A stretch of DNA of 64,000 nt from an uncultured Candidatus Saccharibacteria bacterium (GTDB taxonomy: Bacteria > Patescibacteriota > Saccharimonadia > Saccharimonadales > UBA10212), in the NCBI GenBank assembly GCA_964460855.1, contig CAYWQH010000001.1:123868-187867 (forward strand), given 5' to 3'. The notes beneath the pieces were generated by a model. That model had not been told where the DNA came from. It saw nothing but the letters and a program-made list of their open reading frames with translations, and made no database searches. This document shows, piece after piece, positions 35,170 to 45,097 of this stretch. The translations under genes were made by a program, and so were the position numbers. Numbering within the stretch: position 1 is the stretch's first letter; each line of letters starts with the position of its first letter.

Positions 35170-35985
35170 TTATTTAATAACTAAAGATTCGAAGATGGCT
35201 TTGGTTTGCTGCATTGTTGGGTCGTTTTGCCAGGTGCTGTCTGCGATACTCAGCTTATTGTTGCCCGCAGCCGCGCATTCCTCATTAGCGCATACGAAAA
35301 ATGACGCGCTAACCAGCGGGTCAATACCGCTAACATCCGCGTCACTTATTAACTGGCCGCTGGTAAATTTGTTGCTGCCGGTAATTAAAACTTCTTCGAA
35401 CGGATTTTTAGAAGTCCGGTTACTGCCAAAATGCACGAAAGTGATGTACGGGTATTGGTGCTGGGTGGGGCTGGGGTTTTTATAACCGATTTGCTGCGAA
35501 TCCTGGGCCACCGACGAATTGCTATCGCGCAACTCGGCAATGTCTGAGCCGCGGGGCCTGATCATTACTACTACTTTGCCGTTAGTTTGTTTGCCGTCGG
35601 CATTATCGATCGAGACATTAGGTGATTCAATGGTTATGTATTTGATGGTCGGATCTTTGGAATCTTTGACCGTATCGTTAAGCGTCCAGTTGTCCGGATA
35701 ATCCAAAGATAAGTCCAGGCCCGTCAATTTTGAGTCATAGTGTTTGGTTCCGGTAGCTTGGCTGTTCTGGCTATTAGCCTGGGACGAATTGTTTGACTGC
35801 TGGTTAGTTTTGGTTTGGCTGGAGCTGCTGTTTTTGAAAAATAATACGTAAGCCCCGGCTAAAAGCAACAAAAATACTATAACGGCAATACCAATAATAA
35901 TAATTTTCTTGGACGAATTTTCCGGCTCCGGCAAATCGGTTTCCGGTTTTGTCTCCGGCTGCTTGGCTTGATCTTCCATATCCAT
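35170..35985 (-). CDS. Membrane-anchored secreted hypothetical protein
   Basis: Acidic N-tail, a TM helix, a Ser/Asn/Gln-rich linker and a globular domain. Confidence 0.55.
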   Translation of the reverse strand: MDMEDQAKQPETKPETDLPEPENSSKKIIIIGIAVIVFLLLLAGAYVLFFKNSSSSQTKTNQQSNNSSQANSQNSQATGTKHYDSKLTGLDLSLDYPDNWTLNDTVKDSKDPTIKYITIESPNVSIDNADGKQTNGKVVVMIRPRGSDIAELRDSNSSVAQDSQQIGYKNPSPTQHQYPYITFVHFGSNRTSKNPFEEVLITGSNKFTSGQLISDADVSGIDPLVSASFFVCANEECAAAGNNKLSIADSTWQNDPTMQQTKAIFESLVIK

Positions 35986-35999
35986 AATTATATGCCTAT

Positions 36000-36743
36000 T
36001 TATTTAACTGTTTCTAAAACCCTGCGCCGGGCGATTTTGTAAAACGCCCGCAATTCAGCTTCTGTCGATTTTATTGTTTTTTCGTTTACAGGTAAATTAG
36101 TGATATTTTCCAGAAAAATCGGAAAAGCATTTATGTATTTATTGGCAATATACAAATTACCTTTTGCGCCTTGGTCTAACAGCAAATATTGGCAATTGCT
36201 CAGAAAATCAGACAATTTAATTAATAACGCATCTGGCTCATTAACAATTTCGCGTAAGTGGTCCGTATAAAAATTAAATTTGTCTTCCAAGTTTGAAGCT
36301 GCATGATATTGCTCGCTATTGCTAACTAGCTGGACCAAGCCAGCCACTCTTTTCCCATATTCTTTGTTTAAAATGCTTGCCGCTAAACGCCTTGATTCGC
36401 TATTTTCTATAGGGCGGCCAGAAACCTTAGTACTTTGGTCTTCAATAGAATCATGCAAAAGTCCGGCGATGATAATATCTGCATCCCGGTTATCGAACTG
36501 AGTTAATAGCCGGTATACCACCGAAAAAAGATGCTCCGCGAACGTTCGGCCGTCGCTTCGAACCTGACTAGCGTGCAATTGCTGCACATACGACATCGCG
36601 CTTTTAATCCGCTCCGCGGACTCCCCGTCAAAATATTTATTTGCGAGGGTTTCAAGAAGCTTCTGCTTAGTAGCTAGATCGTCCAGTTCAAACGCAGACA
36701 TAAGCTCCCGTTCATCCGGGTTTAGGTCACTCCTGAATTCCAT
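36000..36743 (-). CDS. HD-domain protein, RelA/SpoT-type (p)ppGpp hydrolase-like
   Basis: ...EHLFSVVYRL... and AGLLHDSIEDQ fit the HD_4 pattern. Confidence 0.6.
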   Translation of the reverse strand: MEFRSDLNPDERELMSAFELDDLATKQKLLETLANKYFDGESAERIKSAMSYVQQLHASQVRSDGRTFAEHLFSVVYRLLTQFDNRDADIIIAGLLHDSIEDQSTKVSGRPIENSESRRLAASILNKEYGKRVAGLVQLVSNSEQYHAASNLEDKFNFYTDHLREIVNEPDALLIKLSDFLSNCQYLLLDQGAKGNLYIANKYINAFPIFLENITNLPVNEKTIKSTEAELRAFYKIARRRVLETVK

Positions 36744-36744
36744 A

Positions 36745-38157
36745 TTATTCGACTACTTTGATGCCGAGTTCTTTGAGCTGTTTCTCGGATATGTCGTTGG
36801 GCGCGTTCATCAACAGGTCGCGGCTATCGCCAGTTTTGGGGAAGGCCATAACGTCGCGGATGCTGGCTTGGTTTTGCAACTCCATAATCAGCCGGTCCAG
36901 GCCCCAGGCAATTCCGCCGTGCGGCGGCGCGCCGTAGCTTAATGCTTTCAAAATGTGGCCAAAATCTCGTTCGATATTTTCGGGCTTATGGCCGATGATT
37001 TCCAAAACAGCTTTTAATGCTTCCGGCCGGTGGTTGCGGATGCTGCCGCCGCCTATCTCAATGCCGTTTAACACAATATCGTACTGCGAAGTTAAGATGT
37101 CACTGACGTTTTGTTTATTCATCAGCATTTGGCGGTGGTCGGGTATCGGCGCGCTGAACGGGTTGTGGGTGAATGTCCACTCGCCCACTGCGCCGTGGTG
37201 TTCTTCTTTGTTGGTTTTTTCGAAAAACGGAAAGTCGATAATCCAAACGAAAGCCAACTCGTTGGCGTCGTCTTTGTTTTGGCGCAGGTCAGGCCGGTCG
37301 GTGCCGTATTTATCCATGGCTTCTTGGTAGCTCATACGCGGGAACGGCTTATTTAAAATCTTCTTTTGCGGGTAAAGCGTTTCGACGATTTTTATAAGCA
37401 ATGCTTCGTTTACGGCCATGACGTCTTCGCGCTCGACAAAGCTCATCTCTAAATCGAGTTGGGTAAATTCGGCCTGGCGGTCGCCGCGGGTATCTTCGTC
37501 GCGGAAGCAACGGGCAATCTGGAAATATTTTTCGACGCCGCCAACCATTAGCAGCTGCTTAAACTGCTGCGGGCTCTGGGGCAGCACGAAGAACTTGCCG
37601 TGCTGCAGCCGGGCCGGCACCACATATTCGCGGGCGCCTTCGGGCGTACCCTTAGTGAGCATCGGCGTTTCGATTTCCCAGAAACCCTGGCCGTCTAACT
37701 CATCGCGGATCAACTTTATAACTTTATGGCGCATTTGCAGGTTATTGCGCAGGCGGTCGCTTCGCATATCCAAATAGCGGTATTCCATACGCCGGTCTTC
37801 GCTGACATCATCGGCTTTTTCGATTTCAAAAGCCGGTACTTCCGATTCGTTCAAAATTTCTAAAGTCTCAGCGCCCAGCTCGACGGTGCCCGTCGGCAAG
37901 TCCGGATTAACCTGGTTATCATTGCGCTTTTGGACGGTGCCTGTTACAGCAACTACAAATTCGCTGCGCAAAGCCTCGGCCTGCTTGAACAATTCTTCGT
38001 TGCCGCCGCCCCAAAATACCACTTGCAGCAAACCGGTGCGGTCGCGCAGGTCGATAAATATAAGTTTGCCGTGGTCGCGGCGGGCATGGACCCAGCCTTT
38101 AACCAGCACTTTTTCGCCAATATGTTTAACGGTATCCGCTACCGAAGTTCTCTCCAT
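36745..38157 (-). CDS. aspS: Aspartyl-tRNA synthetase, bacterial type, lacking the GAD insertion domain
   Basis: OB-fold N-terminus and motif 2 [27 protein letters not shown] is followed almost directly by [10 protein letters not shown], then motif 3 [10 protein letters not shown]. 470 aa. Confidence 0.93.
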   Translation of the reverse strand: MERTSVADTVKHIGEKVLVKGWVHARRDHGKLIFIDLRDRTGLLQVVFWGGGNEELFKQAEALRSEFVVAVTGTVQKRNDNQVNPDLPTGTVELGAETLEILNESEVPAFEIEKADDVSEDRRMEYRYLDMRSDRLRNNLQMRHKVIKLIRDELDGQGFWEIETPMLTKGTPEGAREYVVPARLQHGKFFVLPQSPQQFKQLLMVGGVEKYFQIARCFRDEDTRGDRQAEFTQLDLEMSFVEREDVMAVNEALLIKIVETLYPQKKILNKPFPRMSYQEAMDKYGTDRPDLRQNKDDANELAFVWIIDFPFFEKTNKEEHHGAVGEWTFTHNPFSAPIPDHRQMLMNKQNVSDILTSQYDIVLNGIEIGGGSIRNHRPEALKAVLEIIGHKPENIERDFGHILKALSYGAPPHGGIAWGLDRLIMELQNQASIRDVMAFPKTGDSRDLLMNAPNDISEKQLKELGIKVVE

Positions 38158-38186
38158 CCCCTCAATTGTACCAAAGTAAAAGGTTT

Positions 38187-39272
38187 TTATTTACTGGCGG
38201 CCGGCTCTTTTTGTGGCTTGGGTTCTTTATCGGCGGAATGGTCTTCGGCCAGCGAGGCGTGTTTGCGGATATCTTTAGCTCGCTGCATGGCCACGGCCCG
38301 CAAATCTTCGTACTGGTCGAACTCGTCGACAATGTCGGTACCTAAAATTTGCTCCAATACGTCTTCGATGCTCAATACGCCGGTGATTTCCTCAAAATTA
38401 TTTACTACTACAAAAAGATGGTGTTTGGTTTTGATGAATGCGTCGAAGGCCTGCAGCAAATTTTGCTCTTCGTTTATGTAGTAAACGTGCTTGCTCATGA
38501 CGTCGCGGATCAGCCCGCCCTCACGGCGGTCCATCATGTCGCGCAGGTAAAGCGTGCCAACTAAGTGTTCGGCGTTATCGGCCAAAGGTTCGACCACCGG
38601 AAATCTGCTAAATCCGGAGGCGTGCAGCTCGTCCATAACGTGGGGGCCGGCCGGCTCGTCGGCCAGTACGGTTTTTACCATCCGCTTGGGAGTCATGATT
38701 TCGCGAACCTTTTTATCGGCAAAAGTTAGCGCGCCGCGGGCGATTTGGAATTCTTCTTTAGTAATACGGTTGTCGGCTTGTTTGGCCTGGTTATCCAGCA
38801 GTTCTATTAGGTCGTCTTTTTCGTATAGCCCGGTATGTCGGCGCGACAACGGTTTTAGGTGAAAGCGCAGGCCCAACCTGCCGAGAAGCGGCTGGACCCA
38901 AAACAAAAGTTTGGCCAAAACAGGTGATACCAGCTTGGCGCTTTTGGCGCCGGCTTTACTGACCCGCCGGGTGGGTATCCAGGCAAAGGCCGCCCAGATG
39001 ATTAACAGCATTAAAATACCGGCCGACCACCAATTAAGCGAATGGGCCAATACTATAAATAGCGTTACGCTGCTCAAACCCGTTAACAGCCAAAGCAGCA
39101 AATCCAAAGTCACCCCGTAATTGGCTACCCGGTACAGCGCCGAAGCATAAGCGTCGCCGCCGCGGGCCCGGCGCCTCAGCTCTTTCAAAGGTATATGCTG
39201 GTATGTTTTTTGTAGTGAAGCGAATAAGCAAGTCAAAGCAACCAGCGCGGCAACCACCAAAAGCTTTAGCAT
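38187..39272 (-). CDS. CNNM/DUF21 membrane domain + CBS pair protein (hemolysin C / CorC-like)
   Basis: N-terminal four-TM DUF21 domain followed by two CBS motifs (IMTPKRMV..., VMSKHVYYI...). Confidence 0.8.
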   Translation of the reverse strand: MLKLLVVAALVALTCLFASLQKTYQHIPLKELRRRARGGDAYASALYRVANYGVTLDLLLWLLTGLSSVTLFIVLAHSLNWWSAGILMLLIIWAAFAWIPTRRVSKAGAKSAKLVSPVLAKLLFWVQPLLGRLGLRFHLKPLSRRHTGLYEKDDLIELLDNQAKQADNRITKEEFQIARGALTFADKKVREIMTPKRMVKTVLADEPAGPHVMDELHASGFSRFPVVEPLADNAEHLVGTLYLRDMMDRREGGLIRDVMSKHVYYINEEQNLLQAFDAFIKTKHHLFVVVNNFEEITGVLSIEDVLEQILGTDIVDEFDQYEDLRAVAMQRAKDIRKHASLAEDHSADKEPKPQKEPAASK

Positions 39273-39357
39273 TCTATTATCTTACTCCCGACAGTGCTAT
39301 TTTCGCAAAGGCGGCCAGCTGCTGTTATGATATTTAAGTAGAATATTTGGAGGCGAG

Positions 39358-40029
39358 ATGGACAGACGGTTCGTATCTATACTGATAGTTTTAGTGCTGG
39401 TATTTGGCGGCATTATTTTCTTTAAGAATTCCAGCCATAATAAATCCTCCGGCAGCAGCAACTCCAGCCAGCCGACCAACCATGTAATGGGCGAAGGCAA
39501 AAAAAACGTTACGTTGGTTGAGTACGGCGATTACCAATGCCCAGCCTGCGGAGCTTATTACCCGATTGTTAAGCAAGTAGTAGAAAAATATAAGACCGAC
39601 ATTTTCTTCCAGTTCCGCAATTTCCCGCTGGAACAGATCCACCAAAACGCCTTAAGCGGTGCCCGGGCGGCGGAAGCAGCCGATATGCAGGGCAAATTCT
39701 GGGAGATGCACGATAAGCTTTACGAAACCCAAAACGACTGGGCCCAATCCGGCGACCCGCAGTCTTTCTTTAACCAGTACGCGGCCGACCTAGGGCTTAA
39801 CGTAACTAAATTTAAAACCGATTTTGCCAGCTCCGAAGCGCTGGACCGCATTAATGCTGATATTAACGAGGGCAACAAACTGGGCGCTAATTCCACGCCT
39901 ACATTCGTGATTGACGGCAAAAAGGTAGAAGAAAACCCGCGGGACGTAGCTAGCTTCGAAAAAATGATCCAGGACGCCATAGACGCCAAAAACCCCAGTA
40001 GCAGCCAACCCGCTGCACCCACCCAATAG
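39358..40029 (+). CDS. DsbA-family thiol:disulfide oxidoreductase, membrane-anchored
   Basis: TM anchor and thioredoxin active site YGDYQCPACG. Confidence 0.85.
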   Translation: MDRRFVSILIVLVLVFGGIIFFKNSSHNKSSGSSNSSQPTNHVMGEGKKNVTLVEYGDYQCPACGAYYPIVKQVVEKYKTDIFFQFRNFPLEQIHQNALSGARAAEAADMQGKFWEMHDKLYETQNDWAQSGDPQSFFNQYAADLGLNVTKFKTDFASSEALDRINADINEGNKLGANSTPTFVIDGKKVEENPRDVASFEKMIQDAIDAKNPSSSQPAAPTQ

Positions 40030-40156
40030 ATAAAAAATTCTTTGCTAATAGAATAAGAAATTTTGCCAGTAAGCTCTTTTGATGCGTACGTTTATTTTGC
40101 GTGGGCGCGACGGCGCCACGGTTACTTTTATAGGCATATCTAAAATGCCCTTTCCC

Positions 40157-40208
40157 TTGTATCGTCGTTGCGAAAGCGATACAAACTTTTTATTTTTAAT
40201 GTTTTTTG
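40157..40208 (+). terminator. Intrinsic terminator (8-bp stem TTGTATCG/CGATACAA plus a long T-rich tract)
   Basis: Read directly. It lies about 130 nt downstream of the dsbA-like stop. Confidence 0.65.
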
Positions 40209-40357
40209 TGTTGATGCAGTGCGCTCTGGGCTTAAGCTTCCCAAAACTGCAACAATACATTCAGTTTGCCAGCCAAGCAAAAGCTTGTCAAGAAACAAAC
40301 CGTGTCGCCATTGTGCATAAGCTAATATGCGTATAAGATTATGGTTAAGGTTAAACC

Positions 40358-41728
40358 ATGGCAAAAAAACTAATCGAAAAGATTGCCGAAGCCCCCGCCA
40401 GCGCCCTCGAAACTACCATCGAAAAAACCGGAGAAGTAGCCAAAGAGCTGCACGGCAAGGAGACTCTTACTAAAACCAAAGAATACTGGCATATGTTGGG
40501 GCCCGGATTAACCACCGGCGCCTCCGACGACGACCCTTCAGGTATTGCCACTTATTCACAAGCCGGCGCCCAGTTTGGCTTTAACTTAATATGGCTGTCG
40601 GCCTTTACTTTCCCGTTAATGGCCATCGTCCAGGAAATGTGCGCCCGCATTGGCCTGGTAACCGGCCGGGGACTTGCCAGCAACATTCGCACCCACTTTA
40701 GCAAACGGGTTCTTTATACTTGTACGATTTTGCTTTTTACCGCCAATGCCATAAATATCGGCGCCGACTTGGGCGCCATGGCCAAAGCCATGCAGCTGCT
40801 AAACGGCAGCTTGAATTTTGGCATGATGGTAGTGCTGTTCGCCGTAATAAGCCTGGGGCTGCAAATTTTTACGCCTTACGAAAAGTACGCCCGCTACCTT
40901 AAGTGGCTGGCCCTGGTTTTGCTGGCATATATATTTTCGGCCATCTTAGCCCACTTGGACTGGTCAAACGTGGCGGCTAAAACTTTCCAGCCCCACATAA
41001 CCTGGAATAAAGACGAATTGCTGATGGTATGCGCGATTTTAGGTACGACTATTTCACCATATTTATTCTTTTGGCAAACCTCACAAGAAGTAGAGGAACA
41101 GATATTAGAGGGTAAGCCCAACGTTGAAGACCGCCGCGGCGCCGACGTAAAAGAAATTAAAAACATGCGCTTCGATGTTTGGAGCGGCATGCTTTTGAGC
41201 AACGTGGTAATGTTTTTTATTATTGCCGCCTGCGGGGCAATTTTAAACCAGCACGGTATAACCAATATAAAAACTGCTTCCGACGCGGCCGAAGCTTTGC
41301 GGCCGTTTGCCGGCAATATTGCCCCGCTGCTGTTTACTGTTGGCATAATCGGCACCGGCTTGCTGGCCATACCGGTATTGGCCGGCTCCAGCAGCTATGC
41401 CGTAAGCGAAAGCTTTCGCTGGCGCGGCGGACTGAGCCGCAATTTAAAGCAGGCCAACGCTTTTTACGGCGTGATAATTATATCCGTATTGGTGGGGCTG
41501 GCCATTAATTTTTTAGATATCGACCCCATCCGGGCGCTTATTTACGCCGCTGTCGTAAACGGCCTGGTAGCGCCGGTTGTTTTAGCCCTAATTGTTATTA
41601 TCAGCTCGCGCCATAAAACCATGGGCCATTGGGCAAACAAGCGCAGTACCACATTCTTTGGCTGGCTGTTAACGGGCATTATGGCTGTAGCCGGCGTAGC
41701 GGCAATCGCCTCTATCTTTTTAGCATAA
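40358..41728 (+). CDS. mntH: NRAMP-family divalent metal transporter
   Basis: GPGLTTGASDDDPSGIATYSQAGAQFG is the DPGN-like NRAMP motif region. About 11 TM helices. Confidence 0.85.
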   Translation: MAKKLIEKIAEAPASALETTIEKTGEVAKELHGKETLTKTKEYWHMLGPGLTTGASDDDPSGIATYSQAGAQFGFNLIWLSAFTFPLMAIVQEMCARIGLVTGRGLASNIRTHFSKRVLYTCTILLFTANAINIGADLGAMAKAMQLLNGSLNFGMMVVLFAVISLGLQIFTPYEKYARYLKWLALVLLAYIFSAILAHLDWSNVAAKTFQPHITWNKDELLMVCAILGTTISPYLFFWQTSQEVEEQILEGKPNVEDRRGADVKEIKNMRFDVWSGMLLSNVVMFFIIAACGAILNQHGITNIKTASDAAEALRPFAGNIAPLLFTVGIIGTGLLAIPVLAGSSSYAVSESFRWRGGLSRNLKQANAFYGVIIISVLVGLAINFLDIDPIRALIYAAVVNGLVAPVVLALIVIISSRHKTMGHWANKRSTTFFGWLLTGIMAVAGVAAIASIFLA

Positions 41729-41756
41729 GCACTTCGGGGTACAATAAGCGGTAAGT

Positions 41757-43514
41757 ATGCACAGCCTGTTCGTTGAGTTAAGCGTGGTTATTGGCATCGC
41801 CACCGGCGTGGCTTTTACCATGCGCCTGATTCGGCAGCCGCTGATTATCGGCTATATTATTACCGGCATTTTGGTGGGGCCGGTAGTGCTTAAGCTGGTG
41901 CAGCAGCCCCAAACATTCGAAGCATTCAGTAACATCGGTATCGCCCTGCTGCTGTTTATCATCGGCCTGGGCTTGAACCCGCAGGTAGTACGCGAGGTCG
42001 GCAAGGTGGTAGCCATTACTGCTTCGGTACAAATGTTTTTAACGATAGTTTTCGCCTATGTTACCGCCCGCTTTTTCCATTACAGTAAAACCGAATCGAT
42101 TATTTACGGCGCCGGCGTAGCATTCACCAGCACGATTATCATCTTAAAGTTGTTGAGTGATAAAAAAGAGCTGCAAAGGCTATACGGCAAAATTACGGTT
42201 GGCATAACTTTGCTGCAAGACGTGTTCGCGACGGTGGCCCTACTGCTGGTAGCCTCCAAAGCCAGCGACCAAAGCATTACCTTGGGGCCGTTTTTATACC
42301 TGGCCGCCAAAGGCCTGCTGGTGGTGATACCGATGTACTTTATTACCGCCTGGATTTTACCCCGGGCCCAAAAGTTTATCGCCGGCAGCCAGGAGTTTTT
42401 GTTTTTATTCGCCATAGGCTGGGGCTTTGGGGCGGCTGCGATTTTTGAATCGATTGGCTTTTCGCTGGAAGTCGGCGCCCTGTTTGCCGGTATTTGTTTG
42501 GCGCCGCTGGCTTACGCCCAGGAAATCAGCGCCCGGCTGCGGCCGCTGCGCGACTTTTTCTTGATAGTGTTTTTTATTACGCTGGGCAGCGGATTGCAGT
42601 TTAGTTCGATTGGCGGCATCATGCCGCTAATTATATTTGGCGTGATTATCAGCATATTTATCAAGCCGCTTATTTCGATGATTACACTGGGCCTGCTGGG
42701 CTACACCAAACGGACCAGTTTTAAAGTTTCGATGTCGCTGTCGCAAGTCAGCGAATTCTCGCTGGTGCTGGTAGTGTTGGCTGTGCGCCGCAATATTATC
42801 GGCCCGGAAATGCTTACGGCTATGACCGTAATCGCTTTGGTATCGATCGCCATTTCGGCCTACTTTATTACTTATGCCGACAATATATACTCGGTGCTGG
42901 AAAAGCGCCTTAGCTTGTTCGAGCGGCGTAAAACCCGCTATGAGCAGGAAAGTACCGCCAATTACGAAATGGTGCTATTTGGCTACCAAAAAGGCGGCCA
43001 CGAATTTTTACGGCTGTTCCAGCAGCTTAAAAAAAGTTTTGTGGTTATCGATTACGACCCGGATATGATTGATATTTTAGAAAAGCAAAAAGTGCGGTAT
43101 TTGTACGGCGACGCTACCGACATCGAGCTGCTGCAAGAAGCCCGCCTGGAAAAAGCCAAATTAATCGTGTCCGTTATGACCGACTACGAAACTACTAATT
43201 TTGTAGTTAATTATATAAGCAACATTAATAAGCGGGCCGTAATAATCTGCCATGCCGATAATGCCGAAAACGCTAGCAAGCTGTATAAGCAAGGCGCCAG
43301 CTACGTTATGATGCCGCACTACATCGGCAGCGAAAAAATCAGCGCATTCATAAAACGCAGCGGGCTTAGGAAAAGTGAGTTTAAAAAGTTCCGCGAAAAA
43401 CATTTGCAGTATCTGGAAGACAATTATGCTCTCAATGATGAGGACGACCCGCACAACCAAAAGCTCGGGCACGCTGTGCTGCATCATGTAGTCGGCGAAA
43501 CCAATTCTAAATAA
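41757..43514 (+). CDS. Kef-type monovalent cation:proton antiporter (CPA2) with a C-terminal RCK/TrkA-N domain
   Basis: Na+/H+ exchanger membrane domain followed by a Rossmann-like segment MVLFGYQKGGHEFLRLF.... Confidence 0.85.
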   Translation: MHSLFVELSVVIGIATGVAFTMRLIRQPLIIGYIITGILVGPVVLKLVQQPQTFEAFSNIGIALLLFIIGLGLNPQVVREVGKVVAITASVQMFLTIVFAYVTARFFHYSKTESIIYGAGVAFTSTIIILKLLSDKKELQRLYGKITVGITLLQDVFATVALLLVASKASDQSITLGPFLYLAAKGLLVVIPMYFITAWILPRAQKFIAGSQEFLFLFAIGWGFGAAAIFESIGFSLEVGALFAGICLAPLAYAQEISARLRPLRDFFLIVFFITLGSGLQFSSIGGIMPLIIFGVIISIFIKPLISMITLGLLGYTKRTSFKVSMSLSQVSEFSLVLVVLAVRRNIIGPEMLTAMTVIALVSIAISAYFITYADNIYSVLEKRLSLFERRKTRYEQESTANYEMVLFGYQKGGHEFLRLFQQLKKSFVVIDYDPDMIDILEKQKVRYLYGDATDIELLQEARLEKAKLIVSVMTDYETTNFVVNYISNINKRAVIICHADNAENASKLYKQGASYVMMPHYIGSEKISAFIKRSGLRKSEFKKFREKHLQYLEDNYALNDEDDPHNQKLGHAVLHHVVGETNSK

Positions 43515-43658
43515 TGCTAACAAAACCCGGTCCTCAAACCGCTCACGCGCGGATAGTGCCTGCCCTGAGCTGCACGACGAGTCTAGCATCTCCGGCAGGC
43601 ACTAAACCGGCTCCGCTAGGGTAAAGGGTAAGTTTTCGGCCCAGGTTTCGTTAGCATT
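43513..43658. repeat. Structured inverted-repeat element filling the convergent intergenic gap (146 nt)
   Basis: The 15-bp outer helix aatgctaacaaaacc/ggtttcgttagcatt abuts both stop codons. The inner perfect 10-bp helix is agtgcctgcc/ggcaggcact (43555-64/43594-603). Confidence 0.5.
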
Positions 43659-44956
43659 TAGCCTTTGGTTTGCCTATTTACATTTGCAGCACGCTTATTA
43701 ATAAATGAATCGCGGGACTGCTTATACTTAATCTCAGTTCCGAGGCGGTGCACATATTGGGCCAAGTTTTCCGGTTGCTTCGTTAAAACTTTTTTAGTGG
43801 AAGGTACCATAACATTTTTGCCGGTTTGGCGGTTAACTGTATGTTTGCAATCGACGCAGTGTAATATTCCTTTGTCGTATAAATTTTCTGGAAGGTCGAC
43901 TATGTTATTGCAGTTGGGGCAAGTGACGCATTTAAGCATGTCTTGTTTGGTGAAGTAACCTAATTTATCTGAGATTCTTTGGCCGCCCAGTACTGTATCG
44001 CAGCCAAAGAATTCGGTGCCGGCTTCCATAACGCCGGCGGCCGCGATCGATTCGGCCAGACTTTCCAAGTCCTGCCAGGTGCCGTCGAGTTTCCGCTTGT
44101 AACTCGAAACTATATCGCGGCGCAGCTGTTCACTGAGCCCCGGCCAATTTTCAGGCGGCTGGTACAGTGCTATAGAGTCTAAACCGCTCATCAGCGATTC
44201 CAATAATTCCGGGTGGCTGAGAACGAACCGGTAGCTGTCAGGCCCCTGCTTTGGTGCCAGGCGGTCGGCCAACTGGTAATCGGCAATGCCAAGGACTACC
44301 GGACTGTTTAAAATGTCGATGGTCGAGGCGTCTTGCGCCAGTGCGATATTAAATTCCGATTGGTAAGTCTGTGCTACGTCAGCGGCGCTGAGGCCGTCGA
44401 TGCTGCGCGAAAAAAGCCGCAGTCCGCCTTGGCCGTCGAATACGCTGACCCGCAAAAAACCGCGCCGCAGTTTTGGGTTCCGGCCTAAAAGTTTTAAATC
44501 GTCGTCGCTGAACAAATCAGAACCGCACAGAGAAAACGTTACTAAAGTTGCTTCTATGCCTTGCTCTAAAATACGTCTTTGGAGCAATGATTCCTCATAT
44601 TCTGCTTCGGCTACTCTTATATATGCACTTAAATTAGGGTTTTGGGCGGCGCGTTCGCGGGCATATGCTACACCGTTGCTATGTAATTCCAGCCAATCTA
44701 CCGGCAAGCCTTGTTCGTCGTGGCAAACCATTTGGTCGCCGGCCAGCCAAAAATCCAAATCGGTCCGCACCTGGCCGTCCATCATTTCACTGAGGTACAG
44801 GCTTTCCTGGCGAAAAACATATTCCCGGGCCCGGCTGTCGCTCAAACCTTCGTGCAATTCACGCAAAGTCCGCGCCGAATCGGCCTGGCGTTTTAAATTA
44901 AGGTTTTCAGTTACCGTTTCCAAAAAAATACCCCTGCTTTTAAGCAAGGGCAACAA
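43658..44956 (-). CDS. Hypothetical protein with a C-terminal zinc ribbon (CxxC...CxxC)
   Basis: CVTCPNCNNIVDLPENLYDKGILHCVDCKH. The start is uncertain: TTG in the track, with an alternative TTG at METVTEN preceded by GGGG. Confidence 0.55.
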   Translation of the reverse strand: MLPLLKSRGIFLETVTENLNLKRQADSARTLRELHEGLSDSRAREYVFRQESLYLSEMMDGQVRTDLDFWLAGDQMVCHDEQGLPVDWLELHSNGVAYARERAAQNPNLSAYIRVAEAEYEESLLQRRILEQGIEATLVTFSLCGSDLFSDDDLKLLGRNPKLRRGFLRVSVFDGQGGLRLFSRSIDGLSAADVAQTYQSEFNIALAQDASTIDILNSPVVLGIADYQLADRLAPKQGPDSYRFVLSHPELLESLMSGLDSIALYQPPENWPGLSEQLRRDIVSSYKRKLDGTWQDLESLAESIAAAGVMEAGTEFFGCDTVLGGQRISDKLGYFTKQDMLKCVTCPNCNNIVDLPENLYDKGILHCVDCKHTVNRQTGKNVMVPSTKKVLTKQPENLAQYVHRLGTEIKYKQSRDSFINKRAANVNRQTKG

Positions 44957-45097
44957 TAACTGGCGGCTCTTGCTCGAGAGACTTTACAACTGTTTCGGAC
45001 TTTAACCGTTGCGGCACAGCGTTAGAATTTCACTAACTTCCAGTTTGGTTTATTAAAGTGCTTTCATGATAGCACAAGCCATGACAAAATATTGGTT

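Noticed and set aside
40030-40357. Possible Mn2+ (yybP-ykoY) or other riboswitch upstream of the NRAMP transporter
   Set aside because: I found none of the conserved yybP-ykoY core sequences. The strong hairpin plus T-tract at 40157-40208 is better explained as the terminator of the upstream dsbA-like gene, with the NRAMP promoter downstream of it.
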